Origin: an uncultured Chloroflexia bacterium
Lineage (GTDB): Bacteria; Chloroflexota; Limnocylindria; Limnocylindrales; CSP1-4
Direction of reading: 5' to 3'
Assembly: GCA_963714835.1 (NCBI GenBank)
Contig: CAVQPX010000004.1
Span: 142,767-206,766 of the forward strand
DNA: 64,000 bases
Below the pieces are notes generated by a model. That model ran no database searches. It was not told the origin of the DNA and saw only the letters and a list, made by a program, of their open reading frames with translations. Positions 40,281 to 49,506 of this stretch are shown piece after piece; positions within the stretch are counted from its first letter, which is position 1, and each line of letters opens with the position of its first letter. Made by a program: the position numbers and the translations under genes.

Positions 40281-41628
40281 GTGGCCGACGCTCGACCGTT
40301 CCACTGGGAGTACCGCCCGGAGCCGGTCACGCGCGAGATCTTTCGCGTCGTCGGTGGGTTGCCCCTGCGCGGCTCCGTCCCGATCAGCGGTGCGAAGAAC
40401 GCCGCCCTGAAGCTGCTCGCCGCGGCCGTCCTGACCGGTGAGCGCTGCCGAATTCGAGAACGTCCCGGAGATCGAGGACGTGCGCGTCATGGCCGACACA
40501 CTGGCCGACCTGGGCGTCGTCGTGGAGCACCCGGAGCCGAACGTCTATGAAGTCGCTGCCGGCGATGTCGAGTGGTCGTTCGTGCCGCTCGAGGCCGCCG
40601 CCAAGATGCGCGCGAGCTTCATGCTCCTCGGCCCGCTCCTGACCCGGTTCGGGCGGGTGATCATCAGCAACCCGGGTGGCGATCGGATCGGGCGGCGGCC
40701 GGTGGATCTCCACGTCGAGGCGATGCGCGCCCTCGGGGCCGAGATCCAGTACCGCAACGGGTATTACTTCGCGACCTCGCCGGGTCGCCTGCGCGGCGCG
40801 GAGCTGACGTTCCCGTTCGTGTCGGTCATGGGCACCGAGAACGCGATGCTCGCGGCGACGCTGGCGTCGGGCACGACGATCATCCGGCCGGCGGCGCAGG
40901 AGCCCGAGGTCGACGACCTCATCGCGTTCCTCCAGGAGATGGGCGCCGCGGTGGAGCGGACCGCCCCGGACACGATCCGGATCGAGGGTCGTCGTCGCCT
41001 GCGCGGAGCGGCCCATCGCGTCGTCCCCGATCGCATCGAAGCGGGGACGTTCGCCGTGGCCGCCGCCGTGACGGGTGGGCGGATCACCCTGGACGGCCCG
41101 CGACCCGAGCATCTTCCGGCGTTCCTCGACGTCCTCGAGCGGATGGGCGTGCCGTTCACGACCGATGATGGCGCGATCACCGTCGATGCCACGAGCGCCG
41201 GCCCGGGCGCGTACCGGCCCACGGCCATCGTGACCGGACCGTACCCGGAGCTTGCGACGGACCTTCAGCCGCCCCTGTGCGTGCTCCTCACCCAGGCGGA
41301 CGGAACGTCCAGCGTCACGGAGACGATCTTCGAGGATCGCCTCGAGTGGATGAGCTCCCTGCGCCAGATGGGCGCCGACGTCACCGTCCACGGCAGCCAC
41401 GAGGCGACGATCACCGGCCCGACGACCCTCCGCGGCGCCGAGACCGAGATCGGCGACCTGAGAGCCGGCGCATCGCTCATCCTCGCGGCCCTCGCCGCGC
41501 ATGGGACGTCGATCATCCACGGCGCACACCACGTGCAGCGCGGGTATGAGAACATCGAACGCAAGTTCCTGGACCTCGGCGCCAGGATCGAGCGCCTCGA
41601 AGAAGGGACCGTGTCCACCCCGTCATGA
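40281..41628 (+). pseudogene. murA: UDP-N-acetylglucosamine 1-carboxyvinyltransferase, one frame break near 40455
   Basis: The N-terminus (GGLPLRGSVPISGAKNAALKLLAAAVL) is in ORF 40101..40550. The rest (ENVPEIEDV...GGDRIGRRPVDLH...TGPYPELATDLQPP) is in ORF 40438..41628. Confidence 0.9.
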
Positions 41629-42623
41629 AGATCGGCATCGACCTCGGCACGGCCAACGTGCTCGTCTACGTCAAGGGCAAGGGGATCGTCATCCAGGAGC
41701 CTTCGGTCGTGGCCGTCAGCGACGACAACCGGATCGTGGCCGTCGGCGAAGAGGCCCGCGAGATGATCGGCCGCACGCCCGGCAACATCACCGCGATCCG
41801 GCCGATGAAGGACGGCGTCATCGCCGATTACGTGATCACCGAGGCGATGCTCCGCTACTTCATCAGCAAGGCCACGAAGGGCGCGATGATGTTCAGCCGG
41901 CCCGAGGTGATGATCAGCGTCCCCGCCGGCGTCACCTCCGTCGAGAAGCGCGCGGTGCGCGACGCGGCTCTCAAGGCCGGAGCGCGCTCGGCCTACCTCA
42001 TCGAAGAGCCGCTCGCGGCCGCGATCGGCGCCAACGTCCCGATCAGCGGGCCGTCCGGGAACATGGTCATCGACATCGGCGGCGGGACGAGCGAGATCGC
42101 CGTCATCGCGCTCGGCGGGATCGTGGTGTCGACCTCCCTGCGCGTGGGCGGCAACAAGTTCGACGAGGCGATCGCGACGTACATCCGCAAGAAGTACAAC
42201 CTGCTCGTGGGCGATCGAACGGCCGAGGAGGTCAAGATCGAGATCGGGACGGCACTGCCGCTCGAGCGCGAGCTGTCGATGGAGGTCCGCGGGCGCGACC
42301 TGATCGCCGGCCTGCCGCGCACCATCCCGATCACCAGCACCGAGGTCATGGAGGCCATCGAGGCGCCCCTCCAGCAGCTCGTCGGGGCGGTCCGGATGGT
42401 CCTCGAGCAGACCCCGCCCGAACTCTCCAGCGACATCATCGACAAGGGCATGGTGATGTCGGGCGGTGGGGCGCTGCTGCGCAACGTGGACAAGCTCCTG
42501 ACGCAGGTCACCGGCGTGCCCTGTCACGTCGCCGAGAACGCGCTGAACTGCGTCGCGCTCGGGACGGGGCTGGCCCTGGAACACTTCGACTTCTTCAAGA
42601 AGTCGCTCGTCCAGGCCGTCTGA
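41625..42623 (+). CDS. mreB: rod shape-determining protein MreB
   Basis: [34 protein letters not shown] and MSGGGALL. The start overlaps the murA stop. Confidence 0.95.
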   Translation: MKIGIDLGTANVLVYVKGKGIVIQEPSVVAVSDDNRIVAVGEEAREMIGRTPGNITAIRPMKDGVIADYVITEAMLRYFISKATKGAMMFSRPEVMISVPAGVTSVEKRAVRDAALKAGARSAYLIEEPLAAAIGANVPISGPSGNMVIDIGGGTSEIAVIALGGIVVSTSLRVGGNKFDEAIATYIRKKYNLLVGDRTAEEVKIEIGTALPLERELSMEVRGRDLIAGLPRTIPITSTEVMEAIEAPLQQLVGAVRMVLEQTPPELSSDIIDKGMVMSGGGALLRNVDKLLTQVTGVPCHVAENALNCVALGTGLALEHFDFFKKSLVQAV

Positions 42624-42630
42624 CCGAGGG

Positions 42631-43362
42631 ATGCTCGACGCCGGCCCGGGATCCAGCGGCCGCGCATTCGTCGACCTGCACTGCCATACGAACGCCTCGT
42701 TCGATTGCCTGTCCGATCCGGCACAGGTGGCGCGGACCGCAGCCGAGCGGGGCCTGACCCACCTGGCGATCACCGACCATGATCGGATCGACGGCGCGCT
42801 GCGCGCCCGCGATGCCGCGCCGGCCGGCCTGACGATCCTCGTGGGCGAGGAGATCCGGACGCAGCAGGGCGACCTGATCGGGCTCTTCCTCGAGGAGGCG
42901 ATCCCGCCGGGCCTCTCCGCCGCCGAGACGATCGCCGCGATCCGCGCCCAGGGCGGCCTGGTCGGGGTCCCGCACCCCTTCGATCGATTCCGAGGATCGC
43001 TGTTGCGCGACGCAGCCACGGCCGACATCGCCCGCGAAGCCGACTGGATCGAGGTCCACAACGCCCGGCTCCTGGGGGTCAAGGGCAACGCCCATGCGGC
43101 GGCGCTGGCCGCGGATCTCGGACGGCCCGGCGTCGCCGTCTCGGATGCCCACACGATCCTCGAGATCGGCGTCGCCTCGACCGCCCTCGACGGGGATCCG
43201 TCGACGCCCGAGGGGTTGCTCGCGGCGCTTGCCGGGAGGATCGACCTGCTGCCTGGTCGTGCCGCGTACATCGTGCGCGCGGTGACACCGATCGCCAAGC
43301 TCGTCCAGCGGCTGCGCGGCAACGGTCGCGTTCCCATGGCTCGGCCGGGATCCGCCGGATGA
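42631..43362 (+). CDS. PHP domain-containing metal-dependent phosphoesterase
   Basis: FVDLHCHTNASFDC and LAITDHDRIDG...GVPHPFD. Confidence 0.75.
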   Translation: MLDAGPGSSGRAFVDLHCHTNASFDCLSDPAQVARTAAERGLTHLAITDHDRIDGALRARDAAPAGLTILVGEEIRTQQGDLIGLFLEEAIPPGLSAAETIAAIRAQGGLVGVPHPFDRFRGSLLRDAATADIAREADWIEVHNARLLGVKGNAHAAALAADLGRPGVAVSDAHTILEIGVASTALDGDPSTPEGLLAALAGRIDLLPGRAAYIVRAVTPIAKLVQRLRGNGRVPMARPGSAG

Positions 43363-43426
43363 ACGAGGGGTCGGGGGACCTTCGACCGATGGGCGAGGCG
43401 GACCGAGCCCCGTTACCGTCACCCCG

Positions 43427-44608
43427 ATGAACGCGAATCAACCTGCCGGCACAGGCACGACTCAACCTGCCGGCACAGGCACGCCCGCCGATCCCGGCAT
43501 TCTCCCGGCCCCCGGTGTGCCGCCGGACCCCGACGAGCCGACGCTAACGTCGGAGCAGCTCTCGCTGACCCGCCGTCTGCGCCAGCCCCGCACGATCATC
43601 TCGATCGTCCTGCCGATCATCCTGCTGGCGCTCTTCGTGCGCAGCCTGCCCGGCTTCCGGCTCGACGAGCTCCCCGGCAAGATCCTCAACGCCAACGGCG
43701 CCCTGCTGCTCGCGGCCCTGCTCGTCTTCTACGCCGGCTTCCCGCTGCGGGGCCTGCGCTGGGCGTTCCTCATCCGGAGCACTGGCTACCCGCTGCGCAT
43801 CCGCGACGGCACCGAGATCATCTTCCTGAGCTGGCTCGTGAACTGCCTCGTGCCCGCGAAGCTCGGCGACATCTATCGGGCGTACCTGCTGAAGATCAAT
43901 AGCCCCGTGTCGCTATCACGCACGTTCGGGACGGTCTTCATCGAACGCGTGCTCGATCTCGTGGCGATCGCCGTGCTCGGCATGGCGGCGGGTCTCGTGA
44001 GCTTCCGCTCCGGCCTGCCGACCCAGGTCCAGGTCGTCCTCGCGATCGGGATCGTCGTGGTCGTCGTCCTGGCCGGCGGGCTCGTGACGATGCGCAGCGC
44101 CGGCCGGCGGATCCTGACCGCGCTCCCGCTGCCCCACAAGATCATCGAGTTCTACGATCGATTCGCCGAGGGCGTCTTCTCGGCCGTCGGTCTGCGGGCC
44201 CTCCCGCGCCTGGTCATCGTGACCGGACTGATCTGGGCGACCGAGGCGATGCGGCTGTTCCTTGTCGTCGAGGCATTCGGCTTTCCGGACGTCCAGCTGG
44301 GATTGAGTGGCGCGTTCTTCGTCGCGCTGGCCGGATCGCTCCTGACCGCGGTGCCGCTCACGCCGGCCGGGATCGGCGTCGTGGAGGCCGGTGTCGTGGG
44401 TCTGCTGACGATCCTCTACGGGGTACCCGAGACGGAGGCCCTCGCGATCGTCCTCGTCGACCGATCCATCAGCGTGCTGTCGATCATCGTGCTCGGATCG
44501 ATCGCCTACAGCGTGTCGCCGCGGCGGCGAGGAGCGGGGCTGCCGCCCGTGGCGGGCCTCACGGCGAGCGCCGCGTCCGGACCCGCATCGGGAGCTGCCT
44601 CGGGCTGA
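43427..44608 (+). CDS. flippase-like / lysylphosphatidylglycerol-synthase TM-region family (UPF0104) membrane protein
   Basis: 393-aa polytopic ORF with the hallmark NCLVPAKLGDIYRAYLLK and LTPAGIGVVEAG. Confidence 0.7.
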   Translation: MNANQPAGTGTTQPAGTGTPADPGILPAPGVPPDPDEPTLTSEQLSLTRRLRQPRTIISIVLPIILLALFVRSLPGFRLDELPGKILNANGALLLAALLVFYAGFPLRGLRWAFLIRSTGYPLRIRDGTEIIFLSWLVNCLVPAKLGDIYRAYLLKINSPVSLSRTFGTVFIERVLDLVAIAVLGMAAGLVSFRSGLPTQVQVVLAIGIVVVVVLAGGLVTMRSAGRRILTALPLPHKIIEFYDRFAEGVFSAVGLRALPRLVIVTGLIWATEAMRLFLVVEAFGFPDVQLGLSGAFFVALAGSLLTAVPLTPAGIGVVEAGVVGLLTILYGVPETEALAIVLVDRSISVLSIIVLGSIAYSVSPRRRGAGLPPVAGLTASAASGPASGAASG

Positions 44609-44650
44609 CCCGCGGTCGGACTCACGCTCGAGCTCGCGCTCGCGCTCGCG

Positions 44651-44766
44651 GTCCACGTCGCTCGAGGTCCACGTCGGCTCGAGGTCCACGGCGCCTCGCG
44701 TCCACGGCGCCTCGCGTCCACGGCGGCTCGAGATCGACGTCGGCTCGAGGTCCACGTCGGCTCGAC
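44651..44766. repeat. tandem array, 7 x 16-17 bp (GTCCACGKCGSCTCGMG)
   Basis: Units begin at 44651, 44667, 44684, 44700, 44716, 44733 and 44750. The period is not a multiple of 3. The array is preceded by (GCTC/GC)n low complexity. Confidence 0.85.
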
Positions 44767-45012
44767 ACGCGGGACCTGGTGCTCGGGCAACGCTCGGGGT
44801 CCTGGTACTTTCGTTCGCCGAGCCCGCACTGGTGCAGGACCGCACCGCCGCGGACCCCACCACAGCGCCCCGGGCCCATCGGCGGCCGATTCAAGGCCGC
44901 TCTGCCAAGCTGGTACCAACGGGTGATGTGGGGCGTCCGGGCACAGGGCCGATAGTTCCAGTAGTCGCGAACCACCGCGGCAGTCATCGATCAACGGAGC
45001 GCCCTGGAGACC

Positions 45013-45588
45013 ATGACAAGCCAGAGCGGACGAGCTTTCAACGAGTGGCTGCGAGCGCAGCTCAAGGCCAAGAAGATGTCGCAGCGGCAGCTTGCCCTGC
45101 AGTCCGGAGTCGATCACTCGACCATCTCGCGGTTGATCCGCGGCGATCGGATGCCCTCCCTCGGCACGGCGACCAAGCTGGCCCGCGGTCTCCGCGAGCT
45201 GCGCGACGACGCCGAGATGCCTGCCTATCTCGGGCAGGTGACATCCGCCTCGACGAACCCGGCCGCCCGGGTCGAGTACGCCCTGCGCGCCGACGACCTC
45301 CTGTCCGACGCCCAGGTGCGCCAGATCATGGAGTACTACCTCGCCGTGCGGATGCGCCGCTTCGGCCGTGCCTACGTCCCGCCGAGCGGCGAGACACGGG
45401 CAGGAAATTCACCGTCGGATCGAGCCGGCGAGCGTGCCGGTTCGAACGCCGATCAGGGTTCCGGGTCGCCCGTGCGAGCCACGGTGGGTGTGTCGCGATC
45501 CAGCGGCTCGCCCGGCTCCAGCGGCACCCGCCTGGGTTCCGTCCGACCCGTCACCCGTCCCGTGGGACGCACATCGGGTCGCTACTAG
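45013..45588 (+). CDS. XRE-family helix-turn-helix transcriptional regulator with disordered C-terminal half
   Basis: LRAQLKAKKMSQRQLALQSGVDHSTISRLIRGDRMPSLGTATKLARGL is a classic HTH_XRE. Confidence 0.75.
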   Translation: MTSQSGRAFNEWLRAQLKAKKMSQRQLALQSGVDHSTISRLIRGDRMPSLGTATKLARGLRELRDDAEMPAYLGQVTSASTNPAARVEYALRADDLLSDAQVRQIMEYYLAVRMRRFGRAYVPPSGETRAGNSPSDRAGERAGSNADQGSGSPVRATVGVSRSSGSPGSSGTRLGSVRPVTRPVGRTSGRY

Positions 45589-45657
45589 CCCAACGACTGG
45601 GCCCCACCCGCCTATCGACACGGCCCGGACCATCCCTCCGTCCGGGTCTCGGGGACA

Positions 45658-45690
45658 GCGAACGCCGGCCTCTGGGGGGCCGGCGTTCGC
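45658..45690 (+). terminator. strong stem-loop after the XRE gene
   Basis: GCGAACGCCGGCC-tctgggg-GGCCGGCGTTCGC (13-bp perfect stem). No clear U tract follows. Confidence 0.5.
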
Positions 45691-45803
45691 GATTCACCCC
45701 TTGCCACGCCCCGTCCCTTGCCCCGTCCCTTGCCGCGCCCCTTGCCGCGCCCCCACCGCGCCCCCGCCGCCGAGGGCCCCCGCCCCGCCCGCCTTCGCGC
45801 CAT

Positions 45804-46040
45804 CGATATGCGCCACACGCTTAACGTGGGGACCTCGCGACGTCCAGGCGGCCCGTGGCCCGACTCGTGGACGGTCAAGAGCCCTGAGGCGTCGCCTCCC
45901 GTGAGTCGTTCGTGCACGCGATCGATCTTCCCGACCCTCGCAGGCGTCGAGCCGGCCCGTCCGGATGCTCCAGAGCCGAAGCGGTGGCCGATCCGTGGTC
46001 CGAACCCCCGGAGATAAGCACCTGGCGCTTACCGGCGATC
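45804..46040 (+). repeat. MITE-like palindromic repeat element, copy 1 (~237 bp)
   Basis: The ends CGATATGCGCCAcacgCTTAACgtGGGG... and ...CCCCggaGATAAGcaccTGGCGCttaccGGCGATC are imperfect inverted repeats of each other. Both ends recur, inverted, at 49262-49506. Confidence 0.5.
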
Positions 46041-46086
46041 ACAAGGGCTCGCCGGCGGGGTCCATCGTGCATTGGGTCGGCGTCGC

Positions 46087-46178
46087 CCCAGCGCCGTGAC
46101 CGCCGCCCAGCGCCGCATCGCCGCCCAGCGCCGCATCGCCGCCCAGCGCCGCATCGCCACCCAGCGCCGTGACCGCCG
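46087..46178. repeat. tandem array, 5 x 18-19 bp (CCCAGCGCCG[CATC/TGAC]CGCCG)
   Basis: Units at 46087, 46106, 46124, 46142 and 46160. The outer units carry GTGAC and the inner three carry GCATC. Confidence 0.85.
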
Positions 46179-46217
46179 CGGAGCCCCCCGGGAGGCCGGC
46201 TCCCTACAACCGGATCG

Positions 46218-48104
46218 CTAGCTCCCAGCCGGCAGGTACACCGAGATGACCGTCCGCCACGAGGCCGCGAATCGGTCGACCAGCACGTAGGACACCGTGT
46301 CGCGCTGCCGCAGGATCTGGGGCTCCGCGTCGCCGCCGCACTGTGCGAGCAGAACGGATTCAAAGAGGCGGTCGCACGCGATCACGAGTGCAGCCGAGCC
46401 CTCGATCGGCCCGGGGCCCGCCTCGTCATCGATGTCCGGACCCGTCAGGGCGATCACCTGCGCGCCCGCGTGGGTCAGCGGGAAGGCATACGCCTCGGTC
46501 GACTTGAACCGGGGCAGGCCCGCGAGCAGGATCGTTCGATCCGTCGTCGCCCCCAGGATCCGCGCCCCCGCCGCTTCGGCTGCCGGCCACCCGCCATCGG
46601 TCGCGGTGGCCGGTGGCCATCGCCCGACGCTCACGACGACGGTGATCGCGACGATCAAGGCGACGACCGTCCGACTCGTGGTGTCGGGCCGGACGACGCC
46701 GGGTGACGACGGCTCGAGCGCGCCGCCGGAGCCCGGCCGACCGCCGAAACCCGTCCGACCGCCGCCGAAACCCGTCCGACCGCCGCCGAAATCCGTGCGA
46801 CCGCCGACGGACACGCGACTGCCGGGAGCGGCCGCCGGACTCGGGGTGGCCAGGCGGTCCTCGACGCGGCCCGAGCGCCCGCCCAGGCGCACCCTCCGCT
46901 CGCGTCCGCGCGCGACGGCAGCCAGGCCGATACCGATGAGGCTGAAGATCATCGGGTCGACGAACGCGTGGTAGTGGTCGTTCGGGAGCCCCGGTACGAC
47001 GGTCCCGAGCCCTCGGCCCGCGATCGCGAGGAAGATCGTGCTCCAGGCGATCGAGAATCCGAACCAGCGAACGGCCCAGGCTTCGTCTCGATCGTGCGCC
47101 CGCCAGCACCAGACGATGATTCCCACGACCGCGAACGCGACGACGAGGCCGGGGATCGCCGCCTCGGTGATCAGGCCGACGACGGGCCACGAGACGATCC
47201 GCAGGAGGACCAGCAGGATCCGGCTCACCGGATCGAGCGCATCCGGCTGTGTCTCGGCCGCGAAGTAGGCGAGGACCGCGCGGGTCTCGGAGAAGTCGGT
47301 CGAGAGCTCGTGGATGGCCAACGGGACGTACTGCACGACGATCAGCGCGAGTCCGAGAACGGCGGCACCCATGAGCCGACGTCGCGTCGGCCCGCCCGCC
47401 GTGGCGGATCCGGAAGTCCCGGCACGAACCCAGGCCCAGACGAACAGGCCGGCGATCGGGACGAACAGGCCCACCCCCAGCACGTGGAGCTGCATGGTCA
47501 GACCGACGGCGACCGCAGCGAGTGCCCACCAGCGGACATGGCCCGTGACGAGCGCGCGCCATGCCCCGGCGAGTGCGAGCCCCGCCGTCAGGGTGATCGC
47601 ATTCGGGTTCCAGAGGAACGTCGATGCTTCGATCGCCGATGGCGACACGGCGATGAGCAGACCGGCGATCGCCGCGGCGACGGATCCGCCGACCATGCGG
47701 GCCAGCCACCACGTCACAGCCACGGCGAGGGTTCCGGCAAGCGCCAGGCCCGCGATCACGACGGCCGGGTCGGCGGCCGAGACGAACGCGAAGGGCGCCA
47801 GGAGGTAGTAGTAGGCCGCGCCGTGATGGAAATCACCGATCGAAGTGGGCGGTCCGAGGAGCGGGATGACGCCATCGACGACCAGTCCGCGCAGGACGAG
47901 CATGTCGTGACCCTGATCGGCGTCCCAGGTGCCGCCCGGGATCCGGAACGGGAACCGAAGCACCGCGCCCAGGGCAAGCAGCCCGAGAAGCACCACGCGG
48001 TCGGGGACGCCGCGTTGGAGCTGTGCCCCGATGCGGTCGGTGACGCGGGCGGAACCCAGGCGCGACGGCGCGACGACGTGCTCGTCGGTTGGGGTCCCTT
48101 TCAC
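46218..48104 (-). CDS. ArnT/PMT-like (GT-C fold, GT39/83-type) membrane glycosyltransferase
   Basis: 628-aa polytopic ORF with an N-terminal DADQGHDMLVLRGLV..PLLGPPTSIGDFHHGAAYYYLL block, an in-frame (GRTGFGG)3 repeat and a C-terminal soluble domain. Confidence 0.7.
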   Translation of the reverse strand: MKGTPTDEHVVAPSRLGSARVTDRIGAQLQRGVPDRVVLLGLLALGAVLRFPFRIPGGTWDADQGHDMLVLRGLVVDGVIPLLGPPTSIGDFHHGAAYYYLLAPFAFVSAADPAVVIAGLALAGTLAVAVTWWLARMVGGSVAAAIAGLLIAVSPSAIEASTFLWNPNAITLTAGLALAGAWRALVTGHVRWWALAAVAVGLTMQLHVLGVGLFVPIAGLFVWAWVRAGTSGSATAGGPTRRRLMGAAVLGLALIVVQYVPLAIHELSTDFSETRAVLAYFAAETQPDALDPVSRILLVLLRIVSWPVVGLITEAAIPGLVVAFAVVGIIVWCWRAHDRDEAWAVRWFGFSIAWSTIFLAIAGRGLGTVVPGLPNDHYHAFVDPMIFSLIGIGLAAVARGRERRVRLGGRSGRVEDRLATPSPAAAPGSRVSVGGRTDFGGGRTGFGGGRTGFGGRPGSGGALEPSSPGVVRPDTTSRTVVALIVAITVVVSVGRWPPATATDGGWPAAEAAGARILGATTDRTILLAGLPRFKSTEAYAFPLTHAGAQVIALTGPDIDDEAGPGPIEGSAALVIACDRLFESVLLAQCGGDAEPQILRQRDTVSYVLVDRFAASWRTVISVYLPAGS

Positions 48105-49102
48105 GCGACGACCCCATCTTCGGCCGGCAGCCCCGACGCCGCAGGATCCGACCCCGCAGGATCCGAGCCCGCAGGATCCGAGGCGACCGCATCGGCCACG
48201 GAAGGCAGGTCGCTCAGCGGCTCGCCCGCGAGCAGTGCCAGCGCCCGAGCGACATTGACGGCATCGAACCCCGCGTCCATCCCGGGCGTCTCCAATAGGA
48301 ACGTCACGTGGCCGAGCTGCGGGAGTCGGAGCAGATGGCCCAGCCCGCGCTCACCGATCCGGCCTTCTCCGAGGTGCTCGTGTCGATCCTGCTTCGAGCC
48401 CAGGCCCATCTTCGCGTCGTTGAGGTGGACCAGGGCCAGGCGATCGATGCCGATCCGGGCGTCGAAGTCGGCGATCACTCGGTCGACCTCGTCCGGTTCG
48501 GAGATCCGGTGTCCCGAGCCCCAGAGATGCGAGGTATCGAGGCAGAAGGCGACCCGACGTCGGTCGACGCCGCGCGCTGCGATCGCTTCGGCGATGTCGG
48601 CCAATTCGGGGATGCTCGCCCCCACGGCGAACCCGGCCCCCACCGAGTTCTCGAGCACGAGGATCGGGCCGTCGGAAGGGACCTCGGCGAGGACGCGCTC
48701 GATCCCGACCGCGACCCGCTCGATGCCGGCGTCAAGGCTGGTGTCGCGATGCGAGCCCGTGTGGACGTTGACGAACCCGGCACCGAACGAGGGCGCGATG
48801 GTCAACTCGCTCGTGAGGAGCGCGACCGACCGATCGAAGAGGTCGTCGGCGGGCCCCGCGAGATTCACGAGGTACGCGGCGTGGATGACCAGCGGCGCGA
48901 CGTCGTGCCGGACCAGGCGCGACCGGAAGTCGTCCAGGTGGGTGGGCGGCGCCGCGCGTCGTCGCCACGAGCCGGGGTTGTCGGTGAAGATCTGGACCGC
49001 CGATGCCCCGATCTCGTGCGCTCGATCCGCCGCGCGGACCATCCCGCGACCGAGTGGGAGGTGGGGGCCGATCCGCCGGCGGCGTGCGTGCATCCTGCCC
49101 AT
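48101..49102 (-). CDS. nfo: deoxyribonuclease IV (endonuclease IV, AP endonuclease family 2)
   Basis: IGASAVQIFTDNP, HAAYLVNLA, VNVHTGSH, ILVLENS, FCLDTSHLW and HLNDAK...DRHEHLGEG. The start is probably ATG 49102 or 49093; the ORF track begins at 49195. Confidence 0.85.
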   Translation of the reverse strand: MGRMHARRRRIGPHLPLGRGMVRAADRAHEIGASAVQIFTDNPGSWRRRAAPPTHLDDFRSRLVRHDVAPLVIHAAYLVNLAGPADDLFDRSVALLTSELTIAPSFGAGFVNVHTGSHRDTSLDAGIERVAVGIERVLAEVPSDGPILVLENSVGAGFAVGASIPELADIAEAIAARGVDRRRVAFCLDTSHLWGSGHRISEPDEVDRVIADFDARIGIDRLALVHLNDAKMGLGSKQDRHEHLGEGRIGERGLGHLLRLPQLGHVTFLLETPGMDAGFDAVNVARALALLAGEPLSDLPSVADAVASDPAGSDPAGSDPAASGLPAEDGVVA

Positions 49103-49141
49103 CGTAGCCGAGGGGGATGGTCGGCCGGTCCGTACCTTGCG

Positions 49142-49260
49142 GTCGCCGCTCCCGCATCGCGTCGCCGCTCCCGCATCGCGTCGCCGCTCCCGCATCGCGT
49201 CGCCGCTCCCGCATCGCGTCGCCGCTCCACCTCGGGTCGCGGCTCCACCTTGGGTCGCCG
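49142..49260. repeat. tandem array, 4 perfect + ~2.5 degenerate x 18-19 bp (GTCGCCGCTCCCGCATCGC)
   Basis: Perfect units at 49142, 49161, 49180 and 49199, with variants from 49218 and 49236. The array starts ~40 bp upstream of the likely nfo start. Confidence 0.85.
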
Positions 49261-49261
49261 A

Positions 49262-49506
49262 ATATGCACCACGCTCTTATCTCTCGGGCTACAGGCAGCG
49301 GAGCGGACTTCCGGGTTGCCCGGACCTGCCCGTCGACGAGGTTCGACATCGGTCGAGACCGCGTCTTGTGCACGACCGGTGCGTCCGGCCCAAGTCAGGA
49401 CCTCGCCACGACGACATGTAGCAGCCGCACATGGCTCCGCGGCCGCGAGATCGGGGCGTTGAGTGTCGCGAAGTCCCCAGGATAAGAACATGGCGCATAT
49501 CGATCG
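49262..49506 (-). repeat. MITE-like palindromic repeat element, copy 2 (~245 bp, inverted relative to copy 1)
   Basis: Left end: ATATGCACCAcgctCTTATCtctcGGG. Right end, reverse complement: CGATCGATATGCGCCAtgttCTTATCctGGGGACTTCGCGAC. Both termini align with those of copy 1. Confidence 0.5.

Noticed and set aside
44622-44987. 121-aa minus-strand ORF divergent from the XRE gene (MTAAVVRDYWNYRPCARTPHITRWYQLGRAA...). I considered it as a Cro/antitoxin-like partner.
   Set aside because: Only 25 bp separate the two start codons. Its G/C content at third positions is visibly lower than in real genes here. Its 3' half is a translation of the 16-17-bp tandem array, whose period is not a multiple of 3. 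I recognise no family. It is still worth a profile search.
45808-46017. Small ORFs starting inside the MITE-like elements (MRHTLNVGTSRR... at 45808 plus strand; MRHVLILGTSRH... at 49499 minus strand). I considered them as conserved micro-proteins.
   Set aside because: Similarity is confined to the first ~12 codons, which are the shared DNA terminus. Downstream sequences are unrelated and Arg/Pro/Gly-rich. There is no SD, and in copy 2 the ORF fully overlaps an antisense ORF from the other terminus. Conservation is better explained at the DNA or RNA level.
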